A stretch of DNA of 64,000 bases from an uncultured Chloroflexia bacterium (GTDB lineage: Bacteria > Chloroflexota > Limnocylindria > Limnocylindrales > CSP1-4), in contig CAVTJD010000012.1 of NCBI GenBank assembly GCA_963734995.1, positions 13,754 through 77,753 of the forward strand, written 5' to 3'. Under the pieces are notes generated by a model that saw only the letters and a program-made list of their open reading frames with translations, had not been told where the DNA came from and did no database searches. Below, in pieces: positions 39,829 through 50,230 of the stretch. Each line of letters starts with the position of its first letter. The first letter of the stretch is position 1. The translations under genes were made by a program, and so were the position numbers.

Positions 39829-40053
39829 TTAATCCTTTTTCTTTTCCTCGTCCTTTTCCGCGCCCTTTTCCCCGCCCTCCTCATTTTCATTTTTCGGAGT
39901 GACGTCGATTTCGTCAGGCTCGTCGAACCCCTTCTTGAAGCTCCGAATGCCCTTGCCCAGAGAGTTGCCGATCTCGGGCAGCTTCCCCGCCCCGAAAACG
40001 ATAAGAACCAATACCAGGATGAGGATCAGTTCCGTGGTCCCAAGTCCGAACAT
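39829..40053 (-). CDS. tatA: Twin-arginine translocase TatA/E
   Basis: [33 protein letters not shown]. Confidence 0.93.
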   Translation of the reverse strand: MFGLGTTELILILVLVLIVFGAGKLPEIGNSLGKGIRSFKKGFDEPDEIDVTPKNENEEGGEKGAEKDEEKKKD

Positions 40054-40144
40054 GAATGACCTCCTCTTCCCGCCGGAGGGGCCGGTGGGGTCGATTTATG
40101 GAGAAAGATTCGGAGGACGGCCGGATAGCCGCCCTCCGAACGGT

Positions 40145-40315
40145 TCAGGGAGCCAGGATGGCGTCAACGGGGCAGGTATCGGCACAGGCACCGCAATCGG
40201 TACAGGTATCCGCATCTATGACGCGGACATCCCCCTGCTCACTGATAGCCTCTACCGGACAGACGGGCTCACAGGCCCCGCAATTAATACACTCTTCGGT
40301 AATGGTATAAGCCAT
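40145..40315 (-). CDS. 2[4Fe-4S] ferredoxin, 56 aa (not in the ORF track)
   Basis: [24 protein letters not shown]...[19 protein letters not shown]; GAGGAGGTG RBS. Confidence 0.95.
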   Translation of the reverse strand: MAYTITEECINCGACEPVCPVEAISEQGDVRVIDADTCTDCGACADTCPVDAILAP

Positions 40316-40611
40316 TGGAATCACCTCCTCTTTAGCAAGTTATCTAGCGAATTCAACCATGCTACAACAAGTTCCGACCCAGTGTCTACCCCCAAAAACT
40401 CCTCGCCGTGCACAAAAATTCTTGCATTTTCCCATCGCTTTTTATAGTCTTTTATAACATGTTTCGCATCTGGATGCCCCTTCATAAGGGCTATTGCGGA
40501 ATTTTTTTCTCTTACGGGGCGGGTCGCGCATTAAACGCAAAACACTATTTTGACTTTTTTGGGGAGCGACCGGCAGCCCCGCACCAAAACTCTGGAGGAG
40601 GTTGTTTTCGT

Positions 40612-41883
40612 ATGGGCATGGAAATTCTTGCACTAAACTGTGGCAGTTCATCGGTCAAATACCAGCTCTTCGACTGGGAGAAAAAAGAGGTCGTCGCCAA
40701 AGGCATGGTGGAGCGGGTAACGGTCGGCGGCTCTTTCATCATTCACGAAGTGGCGGGTCGGGAAACCCATAAAGAGAGCCTGGATTGTCCCGATCACCGG
40801 ACCGCCATCCACTACATCATCAAAGCCTTGACCGATCCGGTCCACGGGGTGGTCACCGACATGAGTCAGATTTCGGCGGTCGGCCACCGAGTCGTGCATG
40901 GAGGGGAGAAGTTCACCCGGTCTGTTCTTATCGACGAGAAGGTCCTGGAGGCAATTCGCGAAGTACAGCACCTGGCCCCGCTGCACAACCCCCCCAATAT
41001 CGCCGGCATCGAGGCCGCGCGTGCGGTGCTGCCCAACGTGCCTCATGTGGCCATTTTCGATACCGCATTCCATCAGACCATGCCGCGGCACGCCTATACC
41101 TATCCGCTGCCCTACGAATGGTACGAAAAGTACGGCGTTCGCCGCTATGGCTTTCATGGCACCAGCCACCTGTACGTTTCCAAACGGGCCGCGGTCCTGC
41201 TGGGCAAGGACCCCAAGGAGTGCAACCTCGTCACCATGCATATCGGTAACGGGGTCTCCCACTCCGCCATCAAAAATGGCGTCTCCGTGGACACCTCGAT
41301 GGGCCTGACCCCTCTGGAGGGAGCGATGATGGGAACCCGCTGCGGCGACATCGACCCGGCGATCCCGGCCTTCATCATGGAACTCGAAGGCTGCACCCCG
41401 AAGGAAATCGACGCGGTGCTCAACAAGAAATCAGGCGTCCTGGGAATCACCGGCCAGTATACCGATCGCCGGGACGTAATCGAGGGGGCGCAGGGTGGTT
41501 GCGAGCGGTGTGCCCTTTCTCTGGACATTGAATCCTATCGCCTCAAAAAGTACATCGGCACCTACGCCGCCGCCATCGGAGGGCTCGACGCCGTGGTTTT
41601 CACCGGCGGGGTCGGCGAACTGGGCTGGTCGATTCGTGAAAAGGCCCTCGAAGGGCTGGAGTTCATGGGAATCCTCCTTGACAAGGAAAAGAACCGCAAC
41701 ACCATGACCCGCACCCATGAAAGCGTCATCACCACCCCCGATTCGCCGGTCAAGGTCTTCGTCATCCCCACGGACGAGGAGCGGGTCTTTACCGAGGACG
41801 TGGTCGGCATTCTCGAGGGAACCTACCAGGATCACATGAAGTTTTCGTACACCTTCTCCGACACATCCTATACAACCCAATAA
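40612..41883 (+). CDS. ackA: Acetate kinase
   Basis: NCGSSSVKYQL, GHRVVHGGE, LAPLHNP, FDTAFHQT, RRYGFHGTSH, DTSMGLTPLEG. Confidence 0.97.
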   Translation: MGMEILALNCGSSSVKYQLFDWEKKEVVAKGMVERVTVGGSFIIHEVAGRETHKESLDCPDHRTAIHYIIKALTDPVHGVVTDMSQISAVGHRVVHGGEKFTRSVLIDEKVLEAIREVQHLAPLHNPPNIAGIEAARAVLPNVPHVAIFDTAFHQTMPRHAYTYPLPYEWYEKYGVRRYGFHGTSHLYVSKRAAVLLGKDPKECNLVTMHIGNGVSHSAIKNGVSVDTSMGLTPLEGAMMGTRCGDIDPAIPAFIMELEGCTPKEIDAVLNKKSGVLGITGQYTDRRDVIEGAQGGCERCALSLDIESYRLKKYIGTYAAAIGGLDAVVFTGGVGELGWSIREKALEGLEFMGILLDKEKNRNTMTRTHESVITTPDSPVKVFVIPTDEERVFTEDVVGILEGTYQDHMKFSYTFSDTSYTTQ

Positions 41884-41920
41884 AACACTGTTGAATTTTT
41901 CGCGTCATGCATGGTATAAG

Positions 41921-41953
41921 GAAGGGCCGGTGGATAAACCACCGGCCCTTTTT
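41921..41953 (+). terminator. Terminator after ackA
   Basis: AAGGGCCGGTGG-ataaa-CCACCGGCCC-TTTTT. Confidence 0.8.
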
Positions 41954-41990
41954 CGCTTTTGTATCAACCCCTTTCCCAACGGAAGAGCGC

Positions 41991-42914
41991 ATGCTTGGTA
42001 TCGAAAATATAGGGTCCTACATCCCCCCCGGACGCATCTCGAATTACGACCGTCAGGAACAATTCGGCATTGACGCAAATTTCATCGAAGAAAAAATCGG
42101 GGTGAAAGGTGTGTCCCGCAAAGGCGCCGATGAGGAAACGTCGGACCTGTGCATCAGGGCTTTTGCCGACCTTAAAGCCCGCTCCGGCCTCGATCCGAGC
42201 ACCCTGGAGGCCCTGGTGGTCGTCACCCAGAATCCCGACTTTTCCATCCCCCACACCTCCGCATTGGTCCATGGCCGCCTCGGACTGCCGGAAGACTGCG
42301 CCTGTTTCGATATCTCTCTGGGCTGTTCGGGATTTGTCTACGGCCTCTCGGCCATCACCTCCTTCATGGCCGCAAACGGAATGAAAAAAGGTGTCCTGAT
42401 CACCGCCGACCCGTATTCCAAGGTCGTCAGCCCGGAGGACAAGAACACGACCCTTCTGTTCGGCGATGCGGCGGGCGCCGCTCTGATCTCGGACCGCCCG
42501 GTGCTGGTTCCAGGAAAGTTCACCTTCGGCACCCTCGGCAGCGAATACGACAAGCTCATCGCCCGCAACGGCACCCTTTTCATGAACGGACGGGCGGTGT
42601 TCAACTTCGCGGCCAAAACCGTTCCCCCCGATATCGAGAAGATGGCGGCCCGCAACGGGGTCGCCCTCGGCGATATCGACCGCTTCCTGTTCCATCAGGG
42701 CAGCAAGATCATCGTCGAGACGATCGCCAAGAAACTGGGGGTCCCTCTCGACAAGGTCCCCTTTGCCATCTGCGATTACGGCAACAGCTGCGCCTCGACC
42801 ATCCCCCTGCTGCTGATCGACGAGCTGGACAATCCTGAGGTAAAAACCATCGCCATCAGCGGCTTCGGGGTCGGTCTCTCCTGGGCCAGCGGTCTGCTCA
42901 AACGGGTTGCCTGA
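41991..42914 (+). CDS. FabH-like 3-oxoacyl-ACP synthase III family protein
   Basis: DISLGCSG (Cys), LFGDAA, MNGRAVF, FHQGS (His), YGN (Asn), GFGVGLSW. Confidence 0.9.
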   Translation: MLGIENIGSYIPPGRISNYDRQEQFGIDANFIEEKIGVKGVSRKGADEETSDLCIRAFADLKARSGLDPSTLEALVVVTQNPDFSIPHTSALVHGRLGLPEDCACFDISLGCSGFVYGLSAITSFMAANGMKKGVLITADPYSKVVSPEDKNTTLLFGDAAGAALISDRPVLVPGKFTFGTLGSEYDKLIARNGTLFMNGRAVFNFAAKTVPPDIEKMAARNGVALGDIDRFLFHQGSKIIVETIAKKLGVPLDKVPFAICDYGNSCASTIPLLLIDELDNPEVKTIAISGFGVGLSWASGLLKRVA

Positions 42915-42941
42915 GACGAAGGGCCGAGGGGGCGACAGATT

Positions 42942-42986
42942 GTACGCAAAGAGGCCGGCGAAAAAATCGCCGGCCTCTTTGCGTAC
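42942..42986. terminator. Long hairpin between the convergent FabH-like gene and pta
   Basis: GTACGCAAAGAGGCCGGCGA-aaaaa-TCGCCGGCCTCTTTGCGTAC. Confidence 0.75.
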
Positions 42987-43016
42987 GAAGAAAAATTGCC
43001 TGAGGTTGTACTTTAT

Positions 43017-44021
43017 TCAGGCTCGCTGTGCCTGAACGGCGGTAATGGCGGCCACATTGACGATATCCGCCACCGAACAGCCGCGGGAGAGGTCGTTGAC
43101 CGGCTTGGCCAGCCCCTGGATGATGGGACCGACGGCCTCTGCACCGGCCACCCGCTCCACCAGCTTGTAGCCGATGTTCCCGGCATCCAGATCGGGAAAG
43201 ATGAGGGTATTGGCCCGGCCCGCCACGGCTGAACCGGGAGCCTTTTTGGCCCCGACCTTCGGCACCAGGGCCGCATCGGCCTGCAGTTCGCCATCGATTT
43301 GCAGCTGCGGGTCGATCCCTTTGGCGATCTCCATCGCTTTCAGCACCTTGTCCACATCGGCATGGCCGGCACTGCCCTTGGTTGAGAAAGAGAGCATGGC
43401 GACGCGGCCATCTACCCCCAGAAAACTTCGGCAACTTTGCGCGGTGGCCACCGCGATCTCGGCCAGGGCTTGCGCATCCGGGTTGGGATTGACGGCGCAA
43501 TCGGCAAAAAGCAGGGTCCCGTTTTCGCCGAATTCGGGATTTTTGGTGACCATCAGAAAAACCGAAGAAACCGTTTTCATCCCCGGCGCGGTGCCGATGA
43601 CTTGAAAGGCAGCGCGCAGCACATCGCCGGTAGTATTGGCGGCCCCGGCCACGGCGCCGCCGGCATCGCCTTGACGGACCATCATGGCGGCGAAAAAAAG
43701 GTGATCTTCGGCGATCAGCAGGCTCCTCGCCTCCTCCCGGGTGAGTCCTTTACTCTTGCGGATTTCCACCAGCTCGTCAACGTAGGCATCGAGCCTGGCA
43801 TCGGTTCCCGGATCGAGCAGAGTCACCCCCTCAAGAGAAGCCCCAAGTTCCCCGGCCTTGCGATTGAGAGTAACGGGGTTTCCAAGCAGCACGACCCTTG
43901 CCAGGCCCTCCGCTGCAATCTTTCCGGCGGCCTCGACCATCCGCTCGTCGTACCCTTCGGGCAGGACGACGGTTTGCCGATCCTGCCGTGCCTGGGCTTT
44001 AATCTGTTCCACTAACTCCAT
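43017..44021 (-). CDS. pta: Phosphate acetyltransferase
   Basis: [54 protein letters not shown]. Confidence 0.96.
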   Translation of the reverse strand: MELVEQIKAQARQDRQTVVLPEGYDERMVEAAGKIAAEGLARVVLLGNPVTLNRKAGELGASLEGVTLLDPGTDARLDAYVDELVEIRKSKGLTREEARSLLIAEDHLFFAAMMVRQGDAGGAVAGAANTTGDVLRAAFQVIGTAPGMKTVSSVFLMVTKNPEFGENGTLLFADCAVNPNPDAQALAEIAVATAQSCRSFLGVDGRVAMLSFSTKGSAGHADVDKVLKAMEIAKGIDPQLQIDGELQADAALVPKVGAKKAPGSAVAGRANTLIFPDLDAGNIGYKLVERVAGAEAVGPIIQGLAKPVNDLSRGCSVADIVNVAAITAVQAQRA

Positions 44022-44216
44022 AACAAAACCTCCTCCAAAACAGGGTTTAATTACCGCGCCCTTTATAGCCGATGCCCCCTTGCGGGTCAACAATTTTCCC
44101 CCATCATCCGGGATCTGAAAGGACAGGATCGGGGTTTTTCGACCAGAAACAGTTTGCCTTCGATAAAACTCTCGGCTATAGTTGCCGAGAGTCGGAATAT
44201 TTTTTTGAGGATCGAT

Positions 44217-44855
44217 ATGCAAATTGCGCACATCGCAACCAACGACCGACGCTCCTATGCCGATGTCACCGGAGTGATCCTGGCCGGCGGCCGCAGCCGG
44301 CGCATGGGACAGGACAAGGCGACTCTGGAATGGGACGGGACGTCATTGTTCGGACGCATTCTGAAGCTGATGCAGAAGTTTTTCGACACGGTCCTGATCG
44401 CCGGCGATCGCCCCGATCTGGCACAGCCGGGAGTGCCGTATTTTGCCGACCCCTACCCAGGAAGCGCCCTGGGAGGGCTGTATACCGGCCTGCTCCGCTC
44501 GCCGACCCCGTGGATTTTTTCGACCCCCTGCGACATGCCCTGCGCTTCAGCAGAACTGGTACGCCTGCTCTTGGCGAGACGGGACGGGGCCGATATCGTC
44601 GTGCCGCGTACACCGGCCGGACTCGAAGCCGTTTTCGCCCTCTACCACCGCTCCTGCCTGGAGCCGGTCCGACAGATGCTGGAGGAGGGTCGGTTCCGAA
44701 TCGTCGATCTCTATCCCCGCATGCGCGTCACTACTCTCGAGTGTCAGGAGCTGCCCCTCGATTGGCAAAAGGCCCTGTGCAACGTCAACACCCCGGAGGA
44801 TTTCTGCCGGTTGCAGACCTCCGGCGATGACGGTAAACACGCATCAGCATCCTGA
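44217..44855 (+). CDS. mobA: Molybdenum cofactor guanylyltransferase
   Basis: [36 protein letters not shown]. Confidence 0.93.
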   Translation: MQIAHIATNDRRSYADVTGVILAGGRSRRMGQDKATLEWDGTSLFGRILKLMQKFFDTVLIAGDRPDLAQPGVPYFADPYPGSALGGLYTGLLRSPTPWIFSTPCDMPCASAELVRLLLARRDGADIVVPRTPAGLEAVFALYHRSCLEPVRQMLEEGRFRIVDLYPRMRVTTLECQELPLDWQKALCNVNTPEDFCRLQTSGDDGKHASAS

Positions 44856-44967
44856 CCGCAGCGGACGCCTCCGTATCTCGAAACAACGAAGCGAAAGGGC
44901 TGCGAGCGTTGTTCTATTCGGACCCCAACGGGTTAACCTGAAAGTTTCTGAGCAGGAGATTGGTCCC

Positions 44968-45333
44968 ATGGAAAAACTTGAAGTGCGCTCCAAAATCTGG
45001 ATCGAAGTGGCCGGAGAACCGATTCTGGGCGAGGGACGTGAACAGCTTTTGCGCCTGATCCAGGAGTACGGCTCCATCAGCGCCGCGGCACGGCAGATGG
45101 GGCTTTCCTACCGCAAGGCCTGGAGCCTGGTACGCACCATGGAAACCAACCTCGGCTTCTCTCTGGTCCTGCGTCAAAAAGGCGGCGCCGGCGGCGGCGA
45201 ATCGGCCTTGACGCCCCACGCCCTTCAACTTCTTGAAAAATTCGACCGGCTGCAAGCCGGCATTCGAAGCTACGTCAACGGTCGGTTCCAGGAGATTTTT
45301 TCGCTCCCGGAGAGCGAAGCGACTCGAGGTTGA
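44968..45333 (+). CDS. ModE-like N-terminal wHTH regulator (no molybdate-binding mop domain)
   Basis: SKIWIE..ILGEGR.QLL..I.EYGSISAAARQMGLSYRKAW..LV.RQKGGAGGG. Confidence 0.88.
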   Translation: MEKLEVRSKIWIEVAGEPILGEGREQLLRLIQEYGSISAAARQMGLSYRKAWSLVRTMETNLGFSLVLRQKGGAGGGESALTPHALQLLEKFDRLQAGIRSYVNGRFQEIFSLPESEATRG

Positions 45334-45453
45334 TAGTAAAGCGGCAACTGTCCAGCCTGTGCTTGTGGCGCCCATGGAGCAGGCGGCACGGGAGCCGTCA
45401 CCTGGCGACAGAGCAGAGTATGCTGAATTATTCTGAACAGGGAAGGGAGCACC

Positions 45454-46668
45454 ATGCTGAGCTACGATGAAGCGTTGGAGGCAATTGTACGAACCGTCCG
45501 CCCCCTGACCCCGGTCGAGGCTTCACTGGAAGAGGCCTTTGGCCGGGTGCTGGCCGAACCGGTGGCGTCCCGCTGGGACCTGCCCCCCGCGGACAACTCC
45601 GCCATGGACGGATACGCCTTTGCCTGGCAGGGTCAGAAGGCCGGCGGCCGCCTGGCCGTGACCGGCTTTGTGCCGGCAGGAGCCGCCCCGAGCGGGATGA
45701 TCCCCGCCGGCACGGCGACCAAAATCATGACCGGAGCGCCCCTGCCACCGGGCTGCGATACGGTCGTTCCGCTGGAGGAGGTGGTCGAGGAGGAAGGCTG
45801 TATTCGCCTGGCTGCCGATTCCGCCGCCGGCCGACACATCCGCCGCCGGGGGGAAGAACTCCGCAAAGGCGAAACGCTGCTTTCGGCGGGAAGCGTCATC
45901 CGGGCCGGGGAAACGGGTCTGCTTGCCGCCGGCGGCATCGATCGCCTGACGGTCTATCCGAAACCCCGAGTGGCGCTGCTGGCGACGGGAGATGAGTTGG
46001 TGGAACTCGGGACCCCGCCGGGGCCGGGACAAATCGTTAATTCCAACATCCACCTCCTGGCGGCCCGCCTGCGAGAGGAGGGGCATCCCGTCATCCCCCT
46101 CGGAATCGCGGCCGACGATCCGGACGCTCTGGCGGCCAAAATCCAACAGGGGCTGGAGGCGGATCTGCTGATCACCACGGGGGGCGTTTCCGTCGGCGAC
46201 CGCGATTACGTCCAAGAGGTGCTGGCCCGCTTCGGCTTCTCCCGAACCTTCTGGAAGGTCGCCATCAAACCCGGCAAACCGCTGCTCTTCGGCATGATCG
46301 GCGCCCTTCCGGTCTTCGGCCTGCCGGGCAACCCGGCCGCATCGGCGGCGACCTTCGATCTGTTCGTCCGGCCGGCCCTCCGCCTTCTGGCCGGGCGGAG
46401 GCAGATCCTGCATCCCCGCCTGAGGGTAGTGCTGGCCGACGCCGTCAAGGGCGGAGGCCGCCGCCAGAACTTTCTCTGGGGCACGCTGCAGCGCCAAAGT
46501 GACGGCACCTACCGGTTCACCCCCTCCTCCCGGCAGGGCTCGGGACAGAACCGAAGCCTGGTCGAAGCCCACGGACTGCTGCCGGTGCCGATCGGTGCCG
46601 CCGAGTTGCCTGCGGGGGCCGAGGTCGAGGTGCTGGTCCTGGGGCTGCCCGACGAACCGGCCAGCTGA
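45454..46668 (+). CDS. moeA: Molybdopterin molybdotransferase MoeA
   Basis: GRVLAE, NSAMDGYA, IMTGAPLP, TGDEL, TTGGVSVGDRDYV, KPGKP, GLPGNP. Confidence 0.95.
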   Translation: MLSYDEALEAIVRTVRPLTPVEASLEEAFGRVLAEPVASRWDLPPADNSAMDGYAFAWQGQKAGGRLAVTGFVPAGAAPSGMIPAGTATKIMTGAPLPPGCDTVVPLEEVVEEEGCIRLAADSAAGRHIRRRGEELRKGETLLSAGSVIRAGETGLLAAGGIDRLTVYPKPRVALLATGDELVELGTPPGPGQIVNSNIHLLAARLREEGHPVIPLGIAADDPDALAAKIQQGLEADLLITTGGVSVGDRDYVQEVLARFGFSRTFWKVAIKPGKPLLFGMIGALPVFGLPGNPAASAATFDLFVRPALRLLAGRRQILHPRLRVVLADAVKGGGRRQNFLWGTLQRQSDGTYRFTPSSRQGSGQNRSLVEAHGLLPVPIGAAELPAGAEVEVLVLGLPDEPAS

Positions 46669-46688
46669 GCCGGAGGGAGACTTCTGCC

Positions 46689-47666
46689 ATGGAAGATAAA
46701 CACGGCCGGAAAATCAACTACCTGCGCCTCTCGGTAACCGACCGCTGCAACCTGCGGTGCCGCTACTGCATGCCTGCCGCGGGAGTGCCCAAAGAGACTC
46801 ACAGCGGCATCCTTCGTTTCGAGGAGCTGCTGCGAATTGCCCGGGTTGCGGTGGCGATGGGGGTGGAGAAGATCCGGGTTACCGGCGGAGAACCGCTGGT
46901 TCGAAAGGGGATTCTCCCTTTTCTTCGGGATCTTGGCCAATTGCCGGGGCTCAAACGACTGGTGCTGACCAGCAACGGCTATCGCCTGGCCGAAACAGCC
47001 GAGGAACTGCGGGCGGTCGGGGTGGAAAGTCTCAATATCAGCCTCGACTCCCTGCGCCCCGAAGTCTTTGCCGAAATCACCCGGGGCGGCGATCTGCGTC
47101 GCGTGCTGGCAGGACTGGCCGCCGCCGAGAGAGCCGGCTTTCCCTTCGTCAAACTCAACGTGGTGGTCATGCGCGGCATCAACGATGACGAGGTGGCCGA
47201 TTTCGCCGCCATGACCCTCGACAAACCGTACCGGGTACGCTTCATCGAATACATGCCCTCTCTCAAAGAAGAGAACTGGCGCGACCTTTCGGTCCCCGGC
47301 GAAGAGCTGCTGGCTAAGCTGGCCCGGCGCTACCGCCTGCACCCGGAGAAGAAAAAGGAAGAGCTGGCCGGCCCTGCCTCCTATTATCGGATCGACGGGG
47401 CCGCTGGAAAGATCGGCGTCATCACCCCCGTTTCCTGCCACTTTTGCCGGGACTGCAACCGCATCCGCATCACAGCCACCGGGCTCGGCAAAAGCTGCTT
47501 GTTCGATGACCGGGCCCTCGACCTGAAGCCGGTCCTGCGCAGCGGGGATGAAACAGCCTTGCGTGAGGCCCTCGGTCATCTCGTCGCCGCCAAACCGGAC
47601 CGCCACGCCCTTGACTCCCCGGGGGAAGGGCACAAGCCGTTCACCATGGCCGACGTGGGGGGGTAA
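46689..47666 (+). CDS. moaA: GTP 3',8-cyclase MoaA
   Basis: YLRLSVTDRCNLRCRYCMP, TGGEPL, RFIEYMP, FCRDCNRIR..CL, terminal GG. Confidence 0.96.
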   Translation: MEDKHGRKINYLRLSVTDRCNLRCRYCMPAAGVPKETHSGILRFEELLRIARVAVAMGVEKIRVTGGEPLVRKGILPFLRDLGQLPGLKRLVLTSNGYRLAETAEELRAVGVESLNISLDSLRPEVFAEITRGGDLRRVLAGLAAAERAGFPFVKLNVVVMRGINDDEVADFAAMTLDKPYRVRFIEYMPSLKEENWRDLSVPGEELLAKLARRYRLHPEKKKEELAGPASYYRIDGAAGKIGVITPVSCHFCRDCNRIRITATGLGKSCLFDDRALDLKPVLRSGDETALREALGHLVAAKPDRHALDSPGEGHKPFTMADVGG

Positions 47667-47734
47667 AACGAGTGAGGGGGTGAGGAGAAAAAAATATCCC
47701 AATCGAAACCTGAAGAAAAAGGAGTAATTGCGCC

Positions 47735-48178
47735 ATGTCGGGAGAAGTGATTGCAGTCTGTATCAGCCAAAAGAAGGGGGAGCGCAAAACCCCCGTTGAG
47801 AGGGTCGAATTGCAGGAGAACCACGGCCTCCTTGGGGATGCCCATGCCGGGGACTGGCACCGCCAGGTGAGTCTGCTGGCCCTGGAGAGTATCGAAAAAA
47901 TGCAGGCCCTCGGCCTAGCGGTCACCACCGGGGATTTCGCCGAGAATATCACCACCCGAGGGCTGGATCTGCCCTCCCTGCCCATCGGCACCCTCTTGGA
48001 GGTCGGTCCGGCCCTGCTGGAGGTCACCCAGATCGGCAAGGAGTGTCATACCCGGTGCGCCATCTACCATCAGGCCGGCGACTGCGTCATGCCCAAGGAA
48101 GGAATTTTTGCCAAAGTTTTGCGCGGCGGCATGGTTCGGCCCGGCGCCCCGGTGAGTGTCGCCTCCCTGCCGGAATAA
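47735..48178 (+). CDS. MOSC domain protein
   Basis: VCISQKKGERK, GDAHAGDWHRQVSLL, GDFAENITT, TQIGKECH, CVMPKEGIF. Confidence 0.9.
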   Translation: MSGEVIAVCISQKKGERKTPVERVELQENHGLLGDAHAGDWHRQVSLLALESIEKMQALGLAVTTGDFAENITTRGLDLPSLPIGTLLEVGPALLEVTQIGKECHTRCAIYHQAGDCVMPKEGIFAKVLRGGMVRPGAPVSVASLPE

Positions 48179-48326
48179 CCGTCGCCGATTCATTGCTGGC
48201 GTCCGTCCCCCTCCTTCGTGTATAATGGCGGCTGTTTTTTCGCTTCTCCGACCGGGTTTCCAACCGGGAACGCCAGCTGAGCGCCGCGCCCTATTTTGAG
48301 CGTGAGCTTTATGACTTCAAGGACTT

Positions 48327-49235
48327 ATGGACCTTAATCGCCGGCAAAGCACTCTTCTGGCGGGGTTTATCGCTCTCTCCCTGCTGCTGCATCTGCTCCT
48401 GCTCTATCTGCTTCCCCAGAACCATCTTTCTCTCAGCCGAAACCCAAAAAACCGGTGGTGGTAGAACTTCAGCCAAGCCCTCCCCCACCCAAACCGCGCG
48501 AACGGGAGCTCGATCTGCCGAACCGGCCTGATGAGAAACGGAAAACGCCGGCGAAACGCCTCGGCCCCTCGGACCATGTGGCGAAGAAGGAAACGGCGCC
48601 CAAAGGCAAAGACACCGAGGACCGCACTCCTCGGACCATCCTTCATCCGCAAGTCCGGCCGAAACCACAGCCCAAGCCCCGACCGCAGCCGAAGAGCCAT
48701 CCGAGCAAAGCTCTTCCGGAACGCCCGAAGCCCGCCACCGCCTTGCCGAAAAACCACGGGGAAGAACCGGAAGCGGGTCACCGGAAAAAAACGCTCCCCG
48801 ACCTGCGCACCCTGACGCAGCTGGCGCCTCAGACCCTCGCCCGCCTGCAGACCCAGGAACAGCAGTGGCGCCGCAAATACCGAAAGGACGTGGCCGAAGG
48901 AGACGCCGTGTGGCTCGATACGGAAAAGGATATCCTCATCTCCTTCTTCCAACGGTTTCGCAACAATATTTACCGTGTCTGGAATTACCCCTCCGAGGCG
49001 GCCGCCCGGCGGGAGGAAGGGACCTGTCTGTTGAAAATAAGCATCAGCCGCGAAGGGACGGTCGAAGCGGTCAAGCTGCTGGAAAGCTCCCATTACCCGG
49101 TTCTCGACCGTGAGGCGATGGCCGCCGTGCGAAAGGGGGAGCCCTACGGACCCCTCCCCTCAAGCTTACAAGAAAAAAGAGCTCAATATTCTGGCTTTTT
49201 TCAAATACAACATGACCGGGCAACGCATCAACTAA
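48327..49235 (+). CDS. TonB family energy transducer; frameshifts near 48420 and 49160
   Basis: SLLLHLLL TM, Pro/Lys-rich linker, WNYPSEAA.RREEG..I.REG.V..V.L..SS....LD..A. Confidence 0.85.
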
Positions 49236-49336
49236 CCGATGACCGGAAGCGGGTCGAAATCTTCCGCCGTCGACAGCCAAAGATCCTGACACAATTGGGC
49301 GTTGCCACCAACGGGCGCATCAGCGACCCCAGCGGA

Positions 49337-49441
49337 TTACTTGCGATGTTTGCGCCGGACCAGGCGCCGCAGGCTGAAAAAGCCGCCGACGGCCGTCAGC
49401 GCCCAGATGGTCCAGATCACGATTCGTTCGCTCAGAAGCAT
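49337..49441 (-). CDS. Candidate 34-aa single-TM small protein
   Basis: MLLSERIVIWTIWALTAVGGFFSLRRLVRRKHRK; weak RBS AAGGCGG; hydrophobic stretch followed by a basic tail. Confidence 0.4.
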   Translation of the reverse strand: MLLSERIVIWTIWALTAVGGFFSLRRLVRRKHRK

Positions 49442-49665
49442 GGATTCCGCCTTCAGAATTTTGAAAGAGTTGGTTTTCTTGAACCGATCAAACGTCATTG
49501 AAGCAGAAACAGGGCCCTCTTTCCTTGACCTTCGTCAAGGGCCGGGGTTCGCCGCCGACGAGCTTCCGGGCTGAATTCATGGCGCATTGAGAGCGAGCCG
49601 GACAAGCCCGTCGTCATATCTTCTGAACAGTTGCATCCCCTTCCATGGGGAGAATAACTTTTGTC

Positions 49666-49693
49666 TAAAGTTTTGCCGCCAGACGGCCGATAT
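49666..49693 (+). promoter_or_regulatory. Sigma28 (FliA)-type promoter
   Basis: TAAAGTTT-N12-GCCGATAT versus consensus TAAAGTTT-N11-GCCGATAA, 35 nt upstream of flbD. Confidence 0.75.
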
Positions 49694-49728
49694 TGGAAAT
49701 AGGGGAAACCGTGACCAGGGAGGAGTTC

Positions 49729-49992
49729 ATGGTAAAACTGACGAAGCGGGACGGCAGCGAGATATACATCAACGACGAAGCCATCGAGACCATAGAAGAG
49801 ACGCCTGATACCCACCTCACCCTCCTCAACGGCAATCGCCATCTGGTTTGTGAGTCTGCGGCGGAAATCATCGACAGGATCATTGATTTTAAGGCTTCCG
49901 TCCTGCAACGAAGCTCAGCGAAACCGCCTCCGGCCCCGCGAAGGGGGGGAACGCCGCGAAAGGGCTACCGCAACACGCAAAAAGGGAGCTGA
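49729..49992 (+). CDS. flbD: Flagellar FlbD (SwrD-like) family protein
   Basis: MVKLTKRDGSEIYIN..IETIEETPDT.LTL.NG...V.ES..EII..I..FK. Confidence 0.88.
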   Translation: MVKLTKRDGSEIYINDEAIETIEETPDTHLTLLNGNRHLVCESAAEIIDRIIDFKASVLQRSSAKPPPAPRRGGTPRKGYRNTQKGS

Positions 49993-50230
49993 CCCTGTCG
50001 CCTGCCGCTGTGCCGCGCTCACCCCTTCGATCGGATTTTCACCGCAAGGAGACCCGGGCTGACCGTCTGCAAGGACTTTGGGGGGGAAATCCGCCGGAGG
50101 GAATGGCGTTGGCGCAGAATCGAAACAGAGGCGGCTGAGGCCGTGCCGCGTGCTAAATAAATTTCAGCAAGGCAAGATGACCATTTTCATGACAAAGGAC
50201 CCCTAACACGGAACCGGGGCAACAGACTTT

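Noticed and set aside
39835-39880. TTTTCC-type short repeats
   Set aside because: They encode the Glu/Lys-rich TatA tail on the minus strand.
45334-45453. Moco riboswitch or ModE box before moeA
   Set aside because: No match to the conserved Moco RNA elements or to the ModE palindrome.
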